Assembly (NCBI GenBank): GCA_937936035.1
Contig: CALGXJ010000128.1
Coordinates: forward strand, 1 to 49,610
Direction of reading: 5' to 3'
Source: Candidatus Kapaibacterium sp.
GTDB lineage: Bacteria; Bacteroidota; Ignavibacteria; Kapaibacteriales; UBA2268
Length of the DNA stretch: 49,610 nucleotides
Part shown: positions 38,690-47,021 of the stretch, in pieces
Numbering within the stretch: position 1 is the stretch's first letter
Layout of the letters: each line of letters begins with the position of its first letter
Notes under the pieces: model-generated
The model's input: the letters and a program-made list of their open reading frames with translations, nothing else
What the model was told of the DNA's origin: nothing
Database searches by the model: none
Program-made: the position numbers and the translations under genes

Positions 38690-41600
38690 ATGAATAAACT
38701 CTTATTAACTCGCAGGGTAAGTCGAATGCTACTCGGCATATTAGTTGTAGTCTTTGGACTTACAACATATGTTGAAGCACAGGCTCAATGCGATGTAATT
38801 ATACCACAGCTGAATTTAACCGGCGATTTGACCGGTTACAATCAAGCTTGGTATCCCGATGGCAGAATTTGGATTCCGCCTTCATCAACATCGAAGCGTG
38901 AATTCCTTTTGCCAGTATTTATAGAAGTAACAGACCAGACTTTTGCTCCTATCAAAAGTTTTGAGTTTTCAATTTCGTATAATGGTAATGCTTTCAGAGC
39001 AGTTGGTATTCAAACTCACCATCCTGTAACTGCTCAGGAAGCTCAGGCAAGAAACGACAACAGGTTTTTACCTTATGTAGAACCTCTTGCTAAAAACTTC
39101 AATTTCCAAACATTTGTACTGCCTGATACCAACTATACAAAAAATCTTTTCCCAACAAGAAAAGGAACAGATCCAATTCCTTCTGTTGGTAGAAAATTCA
39201 AAATTGTTGGTGCTTCAACTACACCACTTCCAGCAATGCCTATAGGAAATCGTAGATATCAGGTACTGCTTTATGTAGTATTTGAAGTATTGGTAGACAA
39301 AGAAAATCCAAACTTGCCGGTAAATACTCCAATCTACATTAACGCAGACGTAATTAAATACAATGGTATCAATATTCGTGAACACGTATTTACAGTAAAC
39401 AACTTCCCATGCACTCCAACTTCGCTTGCATTTACAAACGATGAAGGTACAACTACTAACCAATTGCCTATTACTGGCTTGACAGGTATGCGTAACGACG
39501 ACCTGCCAGCTGCTGTTATCGATTGGCAAACATATCCTGAAAGATATATTCCAGGTTCAATTTGGGTTACCATTTTCGAAAAAATTCCGGAATTCCGCTT
39601 TATGCCAGGTCCTGGTGTTGTTCAGACCACAAGCCCGACCTCCAGCGACTCTGTAATGAAGATGGGCAGCGGCTACTGGAAAATCTACACTCCACTTACA
39701 GTTGATAATGGTGATATTCAACCACGCCGCGCTCAAAGAATCGTTCGTGTTAGAATTCCTGATGCACTTTCGAAAACCCGTATTCAAGACATCGTAGTTG
39801 AATCAGACCAACCTTGGTTGAACTTCCAGACTGTAACAGTTGGTTCTATTTCGAAAAACCCAATTCCTCAGCTTACAAGAAAAGGCTTTATTAACTACAT
39901 CGACTTTGGAATTCTCGGTTCGCAAGATTTCAAAGATCCAAAAGGTCAGCCAATTGGTCCTGATGGTGAAATCTTCTTGTTGGTAGATTGCGATCCATCG
40001 AAACTTACCACATCACCATTCGACAACGAAAAAGAAGGGCTCTATACTGGTCATATTACATTCACTACACCATATATTGACGAAAACCCAACTAAATTAG
40101 AAGTAAACTTTATTCTCTTCAAAACACCAGTTGAGCCAATAGTTAAAACAAACATAGTCCCAGGTATCAAACTTGCTGTATCTAACAATAAAGGCGAAAG
40201 CAAGCTGCTGATTTTCGGTACTGGCACTCGTGCATCGGACGAAATTGATACACTTTATGGCGAATGCCCATATGAATGGCCATTGGGTCAGGATCCACAA
40301 GGCAACTCAATATTTGATGCCCGTTGGTTCCCAGTAAATCCAACATTGGCGGCAAAATATCCAAATGGTTTCTGGGATTTTGCAGCAAACGAAGCCCAAC
40401 GCCGTTCAAATTCTCGCGATATTCGTGATTTCAACTATACAGCTAAATCACATATTTTCTATTGTAAGTTCGAGCCAAACAATGGTTATCCAGTAACATT
40501 AACTTGGGACACTACGGACTTCTATCCAGGTGCTCAGCTCTATATTCACGACAAACAAAACGGACTTTACTTCCCAGCAGTTAATATGCGCCAAGCAACA
40601 CCATTAGGCGATGGTAAATTCTCATTCTCAATTCTTGATCCAAGAGTTAAGGAATTTGTGATTGAATACACATTGCCAACTGTTGTTGATTATGTAAATA
40701 AAGTTGGCGAACCTATCATCAAGAAAGGATGGAACTTGCTTTCAATGCCTGTTCGTCCGGTGAATCCATACTATACGAACTTCTATAAGAATGCTATCAA
40801 TATTCCAATATTGTTCACTCAGAACCAATATCAAACTCCTCCGGATGGTATTTTGCAACCAGGTATTGGTTACTTTGTAAAATACGATTCAATAGTTGAT
40901 ACTAAATTCCCTGGCACATTTATCTACGACCTTGATAAGAATGTTGCTCCTTTCAACGGTATTCGTTTATACACAGGCTGGAACACAATTGGTTCAGTTT
41001 CTGTTCCATTAGGTATTGACTACATTAGATTTGATGCTTTGAATGCTGGTCAGGATGCTCCAGATGTAAACTTCACTCGCCAATATGGTGTGTGGGCATA
41101 CGAAACTAACAGAGGTTATAAAGAAGTATCCGAAATTCTTCCTGGTCTTGGATACTGGATTAAAGTTAATACAACTGGTTACTTGAAAGTTAATGTTCCT
41201 CAGAACTTGCGTTTTGGGTTCAAACTTAACTCAATCGATGGTTCAGTTGTTAAGAAGTCAGTTCTTGCAAATTCAGCTGTATTGAATATCAAAGACAGCG
41301 AAAACAACCACGGAACATTATATTTATCAAACGATGTAGCAATCAGCGGCAATACATTTGAACTTCCACCTGCACCACTTGCAGAAATGTTCGATGTACG
41401 CTTTGCTAACAATAGCTACCTGACAACAGAAAACGAAGGTGTTGTACGCGTTCAGGGCGTTAAATATCCTCTTACTGTTTCAATAGAAAATGGTAAAGAT
41501 GCATACAAAGTAGTTGATGTAGTTACTGGCGAAGTATTTGGCGAAATCAACCGCTTCAACAATGCTGTAACCATTAACCGTGCTACATACAATGCATTCA

Positions 41601-41884
41601 AGCTTGTAAAAGTTGATGCATTATCGGATGCTAATCTGATGGTAAGTCCAAATCCGATTTCATCAACAGCAACTGTGAACTTTGCAATTCCAATGAATGC
41701 AAATGTTACAATTTCGTTGTTCGATGCACTCGGTAACGAAGTAGCTACATTGCTCAACAGCAGCCTGAATGCTGGCAATCATTCATATACTTTTGATGCT
41801 TCCCGCTTCGCAACTGGTAACTATATCGTTAAAATCGTTGCCGGCGACCGCACAGAAGTTGCTAAAATCAACATTGTAAGATAA
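38690..41884 (+). CDS. T9SS-sorted secreted protein with an N-terminal cohesin-like module and the shared FDARW module
   Basis: 1064 aa. Signal MNKLLLTRRVSRMLLGILVVVFGLTTYVEAQAQ. LLPVFIEVTDQTFAPIKSFEFSISYNGNAFRAVGI is cohesin-like. LLIFGTGTRASDEIDTLYGE....FDARWFP....VTLTWD is the shared module. Tail SPNPISSTATVNFAI...GNYIVKIVAGDRTEVAKINIVR. Confidence 0.85.
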   Translation: MNKLLLTRRVSRMLLGILVVVFGLTTYVEAQAQCDVIIPQLNLTGDLTGYNQAWYPDGRIWIPPSSTSKREFLLPVFIEVTDQTFAPIKSFEFSISYNGNAFRAVGIQTHHPVTAQEAQARNDNRFLPYVEPLAKNFNFQTFVLPDTNYTKNLFPTRKGTDPIPSVGRKFKIVGASTTPLPAMPIGNRRYQVLLYVVFEVLVDKENPNLPVNTPIYINADVIKYNGINIREHVFTVNNFPCTPTSLAFTNDEGTTTNQLPITGLTGMRNDDLPAAVIDWQTYPERYIPGSIWVTIFEKIPEFRFMPGPGVVQTTSPTSSDSVMKMGSGYWKIYTPLTVDNGDIQPRRAQRIVRVRIPDALSKTRIQDIVVESDQPWLNFQTVTVGSISKNPIPQLTRKGFINYIDFGILGSQDFKDPKGQPIGPDGEIFLLVDCDPSKLTTSPFDNEKEGLYTGHITFTTPYIDENPTKLEVNFILFKTPVEPIVKTNIVPGIKLAVSNNKGESKLLIFGTGTRASDEIDTLYGECPYEWPLGQDPQGNSIFDARWFPVNPTLAAKYPNGFWDFAANEAQRRSNSRDIRDFNYTAKSHIFYCKFEPNNGYPVTLTWDTTDFYPGAQLYIHDKQNGLYFPAVNMRQATPLGDGKFSFSILDPRVKEFVIEYTLPTVVDYVNKVGEPIIKKGWNLLSMPVRPVNPYYTNFYKNAINIPILFTQNQYQTPPDGILQPGIGYFVKYDSIVDTKFPGTFIYDLDKNVAPFNGIRLYTGWNTIGSVSVPLGIDYIRFDALNAGQDAPDVNFTRQYGVWAYETNRGYKEVSEILPGLGYWIKVNTTGYLKVNVPQNLRFGFKLNSIDGSVVKKSVLANSAVLNIKDSENNHGTLYLSNDVAISGNTFELPPAPLAEMFDVRFANNSYLTTENEGVVRVQGVKYPLTVSIENGKDAYKVVDVVTGEVFGEINRFNNAVTINRATYNAFKLVKVDALSDANLMVSPNPISSTATVNFAIPMNANVTISLFDALGNEVATLLNSSLNAGNHSYTFDASRFATGNYIVKIVAGDRTEVAKINIVR

Positions 41885-41906
41885 TTTCTTAATTATCTTT
41901 TTCGCG

Positions 41907-41946
41907 ACAAATGGGCATCTACAAAAAATGATGCCCATTTGTTTTA
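41907..41946 (+). terminator. Intrinsic terminator after the 1064-aa gene
   Basis: Perfect 13-bp stem ACAAATGGGCATC / GATGCCCATTTGT with a 10-nt loop, followed by TTT. Confidence 0.85.
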
Positions 41947-41968
41947 GTTTATAAGAAGGAAGTTAGAT

Positions 41969-42745
41969 ATGAGAATAAAAATATTCACTATTGCAATAAT
42001 TGCGTTTTTTATGTATTCAGAGGCAATCTCTGCAGAATTTGATGTGAGAGTGCGGCTTACAATTGATAATACTTTCGCAACAGATAGTCTGCTTGAGTTT
42101 GGTGCAGTTTCTTCGGCTACTGATGGGTTAGATGCTCACCTCAGAGAAATCGAAATTCCACCATTTCCACCACCGGCATTTGATATTTTTGCTGTTTTCA
42201 ACTTAGATACAACAAACATTGATGGACTATTTAGCTATAAAGATTTCAGAAGTGTGCCAGCCGAGGAAAATGAATTTCATCATCGTTATAAAATTGAATT
42301 AAATAAACGCGTTCCGTCTGTTGCAACTGTTTCGTGGGGGAAATTGCCAGATTACATCAAATCTGCAAGAATTTATGATGAATTGAATCTGCTTTTTTCT
42401 GCTGATATGAAAATAACAAACTCTGTTGTGATAAACAACGAAAACCTCCCGAAAATACCGATTTATATAGATGTAGTTTATACGAAAGTTCCAACCTCAG
42501 TGGCACAGAACAACGAAAATTTTTCGATCTATCCAAATCCGTCTAATGGCTGGATAACGCTAAACAATAGCGAAAAAATCAGTAAAATTGAAATTTACAA
42601 TGAACTGTCAGAAATTGTGTTTAATACCAATTCGCTTTCGAGCGAAAAAATTAATCTTGCAAATTTACAGAATGGTGTTTATTTTATTAAAATATTCGAC
42701 ATCAATAATAATATTTATATTAACAAATTATTAATTAACAGATAG
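41969..42745 (+). CDS. Small T9SS-sorted protein made of only the shared module plus the sorting tail
   Basis: 258 aa. Signal peptide, then LLEFGAVSSATDGLDAHLREIEIPPFPPPAFDIF...VATVSWGKL, and tail YPNPSNGWITL...GVYFIKIFDINNNIYINKLLINR. Confidence 0.8.
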   Translation: MRIKIFTIAIIAFFMYSEAISAEFDVRVRLTIDNTFATDSLLEFGAVSSATDGLDAHLREIEIPPFPPPAFDIFAVFNLDTTNIDGLFSYKDFRSVPAEENEFHHRYKIELNKRVPSVATVSWGKLPDYIKSARIYDELNLLFSADMKITNSVVINNENLPKIPIYIDVVYTKVPTSVAQNNENFSIYPNPSNGWITLNNSEKISKIEIYNELSEIVFNTNSLSSEKINLANLQNGVYFIKIFDINNNIYINKLLINR

Positions 42746-42748
42746 ATT

Positions 42749-43813
42749 ATGGAAAAAAGAAATAACGAAAACAGAAAAGAAAACCAGAAAAAAGAAAAAG
42801 CAAATCAAAAAGACGTACAAAATGCAAAGCGACATCAAAATCAACAGAACCAGCAGAACCAACAGAAAAACAGCAAGGGCGAATTGTTAATTTCAGTTGT
42901 AATTCCACTTTACAACGAAGAGGAATCCATTCCCGAACTCGCATTGCAATTAGAGAAAGAGCTTCAGGAACTTACGCACGGACGATACGAAGTGATATTT
43001 GTAGATGATGGTTCTACTGACGGTTCGCTCGACTATATAAAGCAGATACATCGCAGAAATAAACGTTTTCGCTATATTAGTTTCCGCCGCAACTACGGGA
43101 AAAGTGCGGCACTTGCCGTTGGATTCGAGTCTGCGCGTGGCAAATTTGTTGCTACAATGGATGCAGATTTGCAGGACGACCCAGCCGAAATAAAAAATTT
43201 GGCAAAGAAAATGAAAGAAGGCTACGACCTTGTTACTGGCTGGAAGCAAAACCGTAAAGACCCGATGTCTAAAACAATTCCATCGAAACTGTTCAATTTT
43301 GTCACATCGCTTGTGAGCGGAATAAAACTGCACGATTTTAATTGCGGGCTGAAGCTTTATCGTAAATCAGTTACAGACACTCTGCAAGTGTATGGAGAGA
43401 TGCATAGGTATTTGCCGGCGCTTGCCCATTGGGAAGGTTTTCGGGTGGCAGAACTTCCTGTAGTTCATCACGCAAGGCGATATGGAAAGTCTAAATTTGG
43501 TTTGTCCCGGTTTATAAATGGTTTTCTCGATTTACTTACCTTTGTGTTTATCACAAGATTTATGAAGCGACCTATGCACTTTTTTGGGCTGTTTGGAACA
43601 ATTTTCACCTTGATAGGTTTTGCTATTAATGCATATCTTACAGTTGAATGGTTTCTTGGAAACACATATCTGAGCAACCGTCCGCTCGCAAACTTTGGGA
43701 TTGCTCTGATAATCGTAGGTGTACAGTTCTTTTCAATCGGGCTGGTTGGTGAGATGATAGTAAAGCAGAACTTCGAAAAAACAAAAAATTACTCGATAAA
43801 AGAAAAATTGTAG
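42749..43813 (+). CDS. GT2 polyprenyl-phosphate glycosyltransferase (DPM1/GtrB/ArnC-like) with a basic low-complexity N-terminal extension
   Basis: 354 aa. VVIPLYNEEESI, VIFVDDGSTDGS and MDADLQDDP (DxD) motifs, with two C-terminal TM helices. The first ~45 aa are K/N/Q-rich (NQQNQQNQQ). Confidence 0.85.
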   Translation: MEKRNNENRKENQKKEKANQKDVQNAKRHQNQQNQQNQQKNSKGELLISVVIPLYNEEESIPELALQLEKELQELTHGRYEVIFVDDGSTDGSLDYIKQIHRRNKRFRYISFRRNYGKSAALAVGFESARGKFVATMDADLQDDPAEIKNLAKKMKEGYDLVTGWKQNRKDPMSKTIPSKLFNFVTSLVSGIKLHDFNCGLKLYRKSVTDTLQVYGEMHRYLPALAHWEGFRVAELPVVHHARRYGKSKFGLSRFINGFLDLLTFVFITRFMKRPMHFFGLFGTIFTLIGFAINAYLTVEWFLGNTYLSNRPLANFGIALIIVGVQFFSIGLVGEMIVKQNFEKTKNYSIKEKL

Positions 43814-43871
43814 TAAATGAGCCGTCTTTTTTGTTATTATGAATAATATTTATACAAAAAAAAGCATTAAT

Positions 43872-44606
43872 ATGAAAAAAATATTATTAGTTGCACTCTT
43901 GATATTTCTTATTGGTTCTGCTGCGAAAGCCGATATGTTCGACGCATACTCTGTTGGAGTAGGAATATCCACATTTTCTATATTAGGCGACAATCCAGCC
44001 AAATTACCGATTATTCAGAATGATACAACAAAGAAATTTGTTTATGGTGGTAGTTTCGATGCTGTTCAGGCAGGTTTTTCGGCACGACTTACAATGTATA
44101 AGGGCGAAAGAATACGTGTTCCTGTCGATATTGATTTTACGATATATTCATCGGGAGAACGTTATCCTGTGAGCGGCTTGCTTACAATATTTTACTGGCA
44201 CGAGGTGCATAATTTATCGGTTGGTTCTGGGTTCTATTATGTGCTTTCGCATTTAGATTGGGCAAGAACAGACATTTACGCCGGGGCAGACCTTCGCAGT
44301 AATATTATCACTCGCTCAGAGCTAACCTATCGCGACAGCTGGCGCAACGATCAAAACCGTGATACTTCCTACGTCCTTAATAGAAAATCCGGTGCATTTC
44401 GCATTGGTAGCTTTGCCCGACTCGGAATAGAAGGTCAATTAAAATCGAAACTAAGAATTGATGCATCAATTGGAGTAGGTGTTTTGAATCTATTCCCAAG
44501 AGACAATAAACGCGGGGAATTGCTTACCCCGTTTCAATATTTTGAAAAGAAAGAGCAAATTGTTCCTGTTCTCAATTTTATGCTATTGTTGAAATACTCA
44601 TTATAG
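43872..44606 (+). CDS. Putative outer-membrane beta-barrel protein
   Basis: 244 aa from the internal Met. Signal MKKILLVALLIFLIGSAAKA. Alternating hydrophobic beta-strand pattern and an aromatic-rich C-terminal strand (LNFMLLLKYSL). Fold call is inference. Confidence 0.55.
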   Translation: MKKILLVALLIFLIGSAAKADMFDAYSVGVGISTFSILGDNPAKLPIIQNDTTKKFVYGGSFDAVQAGFSARLTMYKGERIRVPVDIDFTIYSSGERYPVSGLLTIFYWHEVHNLSVGSGFYYVLSHLDWARTDIYAGADLRSNIITRSELTYRDSWRNDQNRDTSYVLNRKSGAFRIGSFARLGIEGQLKSKLRIDASIGVGVLNLFPRDNKRGELLTPFQYFEKKEQIVPVLNFMLLLKYSL

Positions 44607-45680
44607 GTGATAAAAGTGCTATTCAAAGAAGATTGCAGGTATTTTCGCGGCGATATACCTTGTCGCCCGCACAAAAAAAGTGGTTATCATTGCCAAAATT
44701 GTCCTGAATATTCTCCATCAAAAGAAAATATACTTATAATAAAGCTTGGTGCAATTGGCGATGTGATAAGAACCACACCACTAATCAAACGCATAAAGAA
44801 GGAATTCCCTAAATGTCTGCTATGGTGGGTAACAAACTCGCCCGAAGTTATTCCATCCACAGTCGACAGAGTGTTGCAATTTAACCTTGAATCGGTAATC
44901 AGCTTGCGAAGTGTTCATTTTTTTAAAGTTATCAATTTAGATAAAGACCATCACGCTTGTGCTTTGGCATCGCAGCTGAACTCAGACTATATCGATGGGT
45001 TCACACTTGTCGAAGGAAAACCTATGCCTGCAAATCAACGTGCTATTCATAAGTATCTAACCGGACTATTCGACGATGTTAACAAAGCAAACACTAAAAA
45101 TTATCTTCAGGAAATTTTCGAAATATGCGGGTACGAATTTGCAGGTGAAGAATACGAACTTGAATTAAAAAATGACAAGCAATGGGATATACCCAATCGC
45201 GGAAAAGGAGTGATTGGGCTAAATACCGGTTGTGGAGCCCGCTGGGTGTCGCGACTATGGAAGCAGGAATACTGGATAGAACTTGCCAAAGAACTTAAAT
45301 CCGCCGGCTATGAGCCAATTCTGTTGGGTGGCGAGCAAGAGCACGAGCAGAACACAAGCATATCCAAAGAAAGCGGAGCTCGCTACTTTGGATATTTTGA
45401 TTTAAATACATTTATTTCGCTTGTTAATCAGTGCGATTTGGTGGTAACTGCTGTAACAATGGGGCTTCATATCGCAGTAGGGCTTCGGAAAAAGGTTGTT
45501 CTGATGAACAACATATTCAATAAATACGAATTTGAACTATACGGACGAGGCGAAATAGTCGAGCCGGACAAAGAATGCAAGTGCTTTTTCAGTGCGAAGT
45601 GTGTAAACGAAGAGTATTTCTGCTTAGAGCACCTACGCCCCGAAAAAATAATGGATGCTGTAAAAAAATTGATGAATTGA
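44607..45680 (+). CDS. GT9 family glycosyltransferase (LPS heptosyltransferase-like) with a four-Cys N-terminal extension
   Basis: 357 aa. ILIIKLGAIGDVIRTTPLI is the GT9 N-terminal signature. A GTG start directly follows the upstream stop. Cys residues lie at C-x8-C-x9-C-x2-C before the GT9 core, and a C.C....C.......C motif lies near the C-terminus. Confidence 0.75.
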   Translation: MIKVLFKEDCRYFRGDIPCRPHKKSGYHCQNCPEYSPSKENILIIKLGAIGDVIRTTPLIKRIKKEFPKCLLWWVTNSPEVIPSTVDRVLQFNLESVISLRSVHFFKVINLDKDHHACALASQLNSDYIDGFTLVEGKPMPANQRAIHKYLTGLFDDVNKANTKNYLQEIFEICGYEFAGEEYELELKNDKQWDIPNRGKGVIGLNTGCGARWVSRLWKQEYWIELAKELKSAGYEPILLGGEQEHEQNTSISKESGARYFGYFDLNTFISLVNQCDLVVTAVTMGLHIAVGLRKKVVLMNNIFNKYEFELYGRGEIVEPDKECKCFFSAKCVNEEYFCLEHLRPEKIMDAVKKLMN

Positions 45681-45691
45681 AAAATTTTTGC

Positions 45692-45718
45692 TAAAGTTCA
45701 GAAAAAAACTGACGATAA
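45692..45718 (+). promoter_or_regulatory. Candidate sigma-28 (FliA) promoter, distal, upstream of flagellin 1
   Basis: TAAA-N15-GACGATAA against the consensus TAAA-N15-GCCGATAA. Spacing counted by hand. Confidence 0.5.
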
Positions 45719-45761
45719 ATTAATTGAAAAGAAAATGCAAATCTGAAAAACATTGAAGGAT

Positions 45762-45788
45762 TAAAGTTTTTCAGAGAGTTGCCGAAAA
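45762..45788 (+). promoter_or_regulatory. Candidate sigma-28 (FliA) promoter, proximal, upstream of flagellin 1
   Basis: TAAA-N15-GCCGAAAA, about 80 nt upstream of the ATG. This position is analogous to the flagellin-2 promoter. Confidence 0.6.
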
Positions 45789-45866
45789 ATAAATCAGGAA
45801 GATAGGACTTAAATAAATATTGATGGCAGGATGCCCTAAAACAAATAATTTACATGGAGGTTTATT

Positions 45867-46853
45867 ATGCCATCAGCAATTAGCGGCGAAAGCCGTATCC
45901 GCACCAATATTCCGGCAGAAAATGCCTACAATGCATTAACAGCGTCAAGCAACAACATCGCACTACGTCAATTACGTCTTTCCACAGGGAAACGCATCAA
46001 TTCGGCAGCTGACGATGTTTCGGGCTATATTACATCACGTGCATTGCAAGCTCGCAACGGTGCATTGAAAGCTGCACTCAATTCTGCAGGCGATGCTAAA
46101 AATGTTACTTCAATTGCACAGGATGCATTAGACCAGATTTATTCATTAATGGCTCAAATCAAGGATGCTACTGCAACTGCATCATCGGGTGCTTTGGGCA
46201 CAGACGAAAAAGTCGCTCTTGCAAAAGGTGCATACCGCCTTGCTCAGCAAATTCAGTTTATTACTGACTCAACTGTGTTCGGTGGCAAGCAACTACTTCA
46301 AGGCAACTTCACTGGCGAATGGGTTACTGGCTATTATGCCAATAACGACTTGATGAAGATTTCCATTGATTTAACTGTAAACAATAGGGACTTTAACGTC
46401 AATGGATTGTTCGACTTGAATGCGACAAGCGAAGCAACAGCTGTTCGTGGAACTACAACAGGAGCATCGACAAACTTTGCTGGTGTAAGCGGCTTGAATC
46501 TGGAACAGTTTAATAATATCAATTCTTCTGATCTGGGTTACTTCGGTTATCTAAATGGTCCCGATGGAAAATCAAATGTAGTCAGAACATTGCAATCGCT
46601 TGCAATGGCAATTGACAATATTAACAAAGTAGCGTCGTATCTTGGTGGTATCGAGGTTCGTATCAACTCGCAGGAAGCAATGTTGAAATCTCAAATCACC
46701 AACTACAAAGCTGCAATTTCACGTATCGAAGATGCAGACGTTGCAACTGAACAAATGGAACTCATTAAATCACAGTTCTTGCAGCAAGCTTCTTTGGTGT
46801 CATTGAGCCAGGCAAACCAAAATCCACAACAGTTCTTGCAGCTATTCAGATAA
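45867..46853 (+). CDS. fliC: Flagellin (paralog 1)
   Basis: 328 aa. N-domain LRLSTGKRINSAADDVSGYITSRAL and C-domain ISRIEDADVATEQMELIKSQFLQQASLVSLSQANQNPQQFLQLFR match the conserved flagellin D0/D1 helices. Confidence 0.93.
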   Translation: MPSAISGESRIRTNIPAENAYNALTASSNNIALRQLRLSTGKRINSAADDVSGYITSRALQARNGALKAALNSAGDAKNVTSIAQDALDQIYSLMAQIKDATATASSGALGTDEKVALAKGAYRLAQQIQFITDSTVFGGKQLLQGNFTGEWVTGYYANNDLMKISIDLTVNNRDFNVNGLFDLNATSEATAVRGTTTGASTNFAGVSGLNLEQFNNINSSDLGYFGYLNGPDGKSNVVRTLQSLAMAIDNINKVASYLGGIEVRINSQEAMLKSQITNYKAAISRIEDADVATEQMELIKSQFLQQASLVSLSQANQNPQQFLQLFR

Positions 46854-46897
46854 TAACTAACTGAGATAGCGAGAAATAAAGTGGTGAAAATTTTTTC

Positions 46898-46925
46898 AGG
46901 ACGGAAAGATTTCCGTCCTTTTTTA
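46898..46925 (+). terminator. Intrinsic terminator after flagellin 1
   Basis: AGGACGGAA-AGAT-TTCCGTCCT followed by a T-run. It directly abuts the next sigma-28 -35 element. Confidence 0.85.
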
Positions 46926-46926
46926 T

Positions 46927-46953
46927 TAAAGTTTTAATTAATATTGCCGATAT
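46927..46953 (+). promoter_or_regulatory. Sigma-28 (FliA) promoter upstream of flagellin 2
   Basis: TAAA-N15-GCCGATAT, a near-perfect match to TAAA-N15-GCCGATAA, 69 nt upstream of the ATG. Confidence 0.75.
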
Positions 46954-47021
46954 ATATATATAAGGATGAAAAATTTTGGTGGAGGAGGCACCAAAAAATC
47001 ATTTAACTTTGGGAGGGGCTT

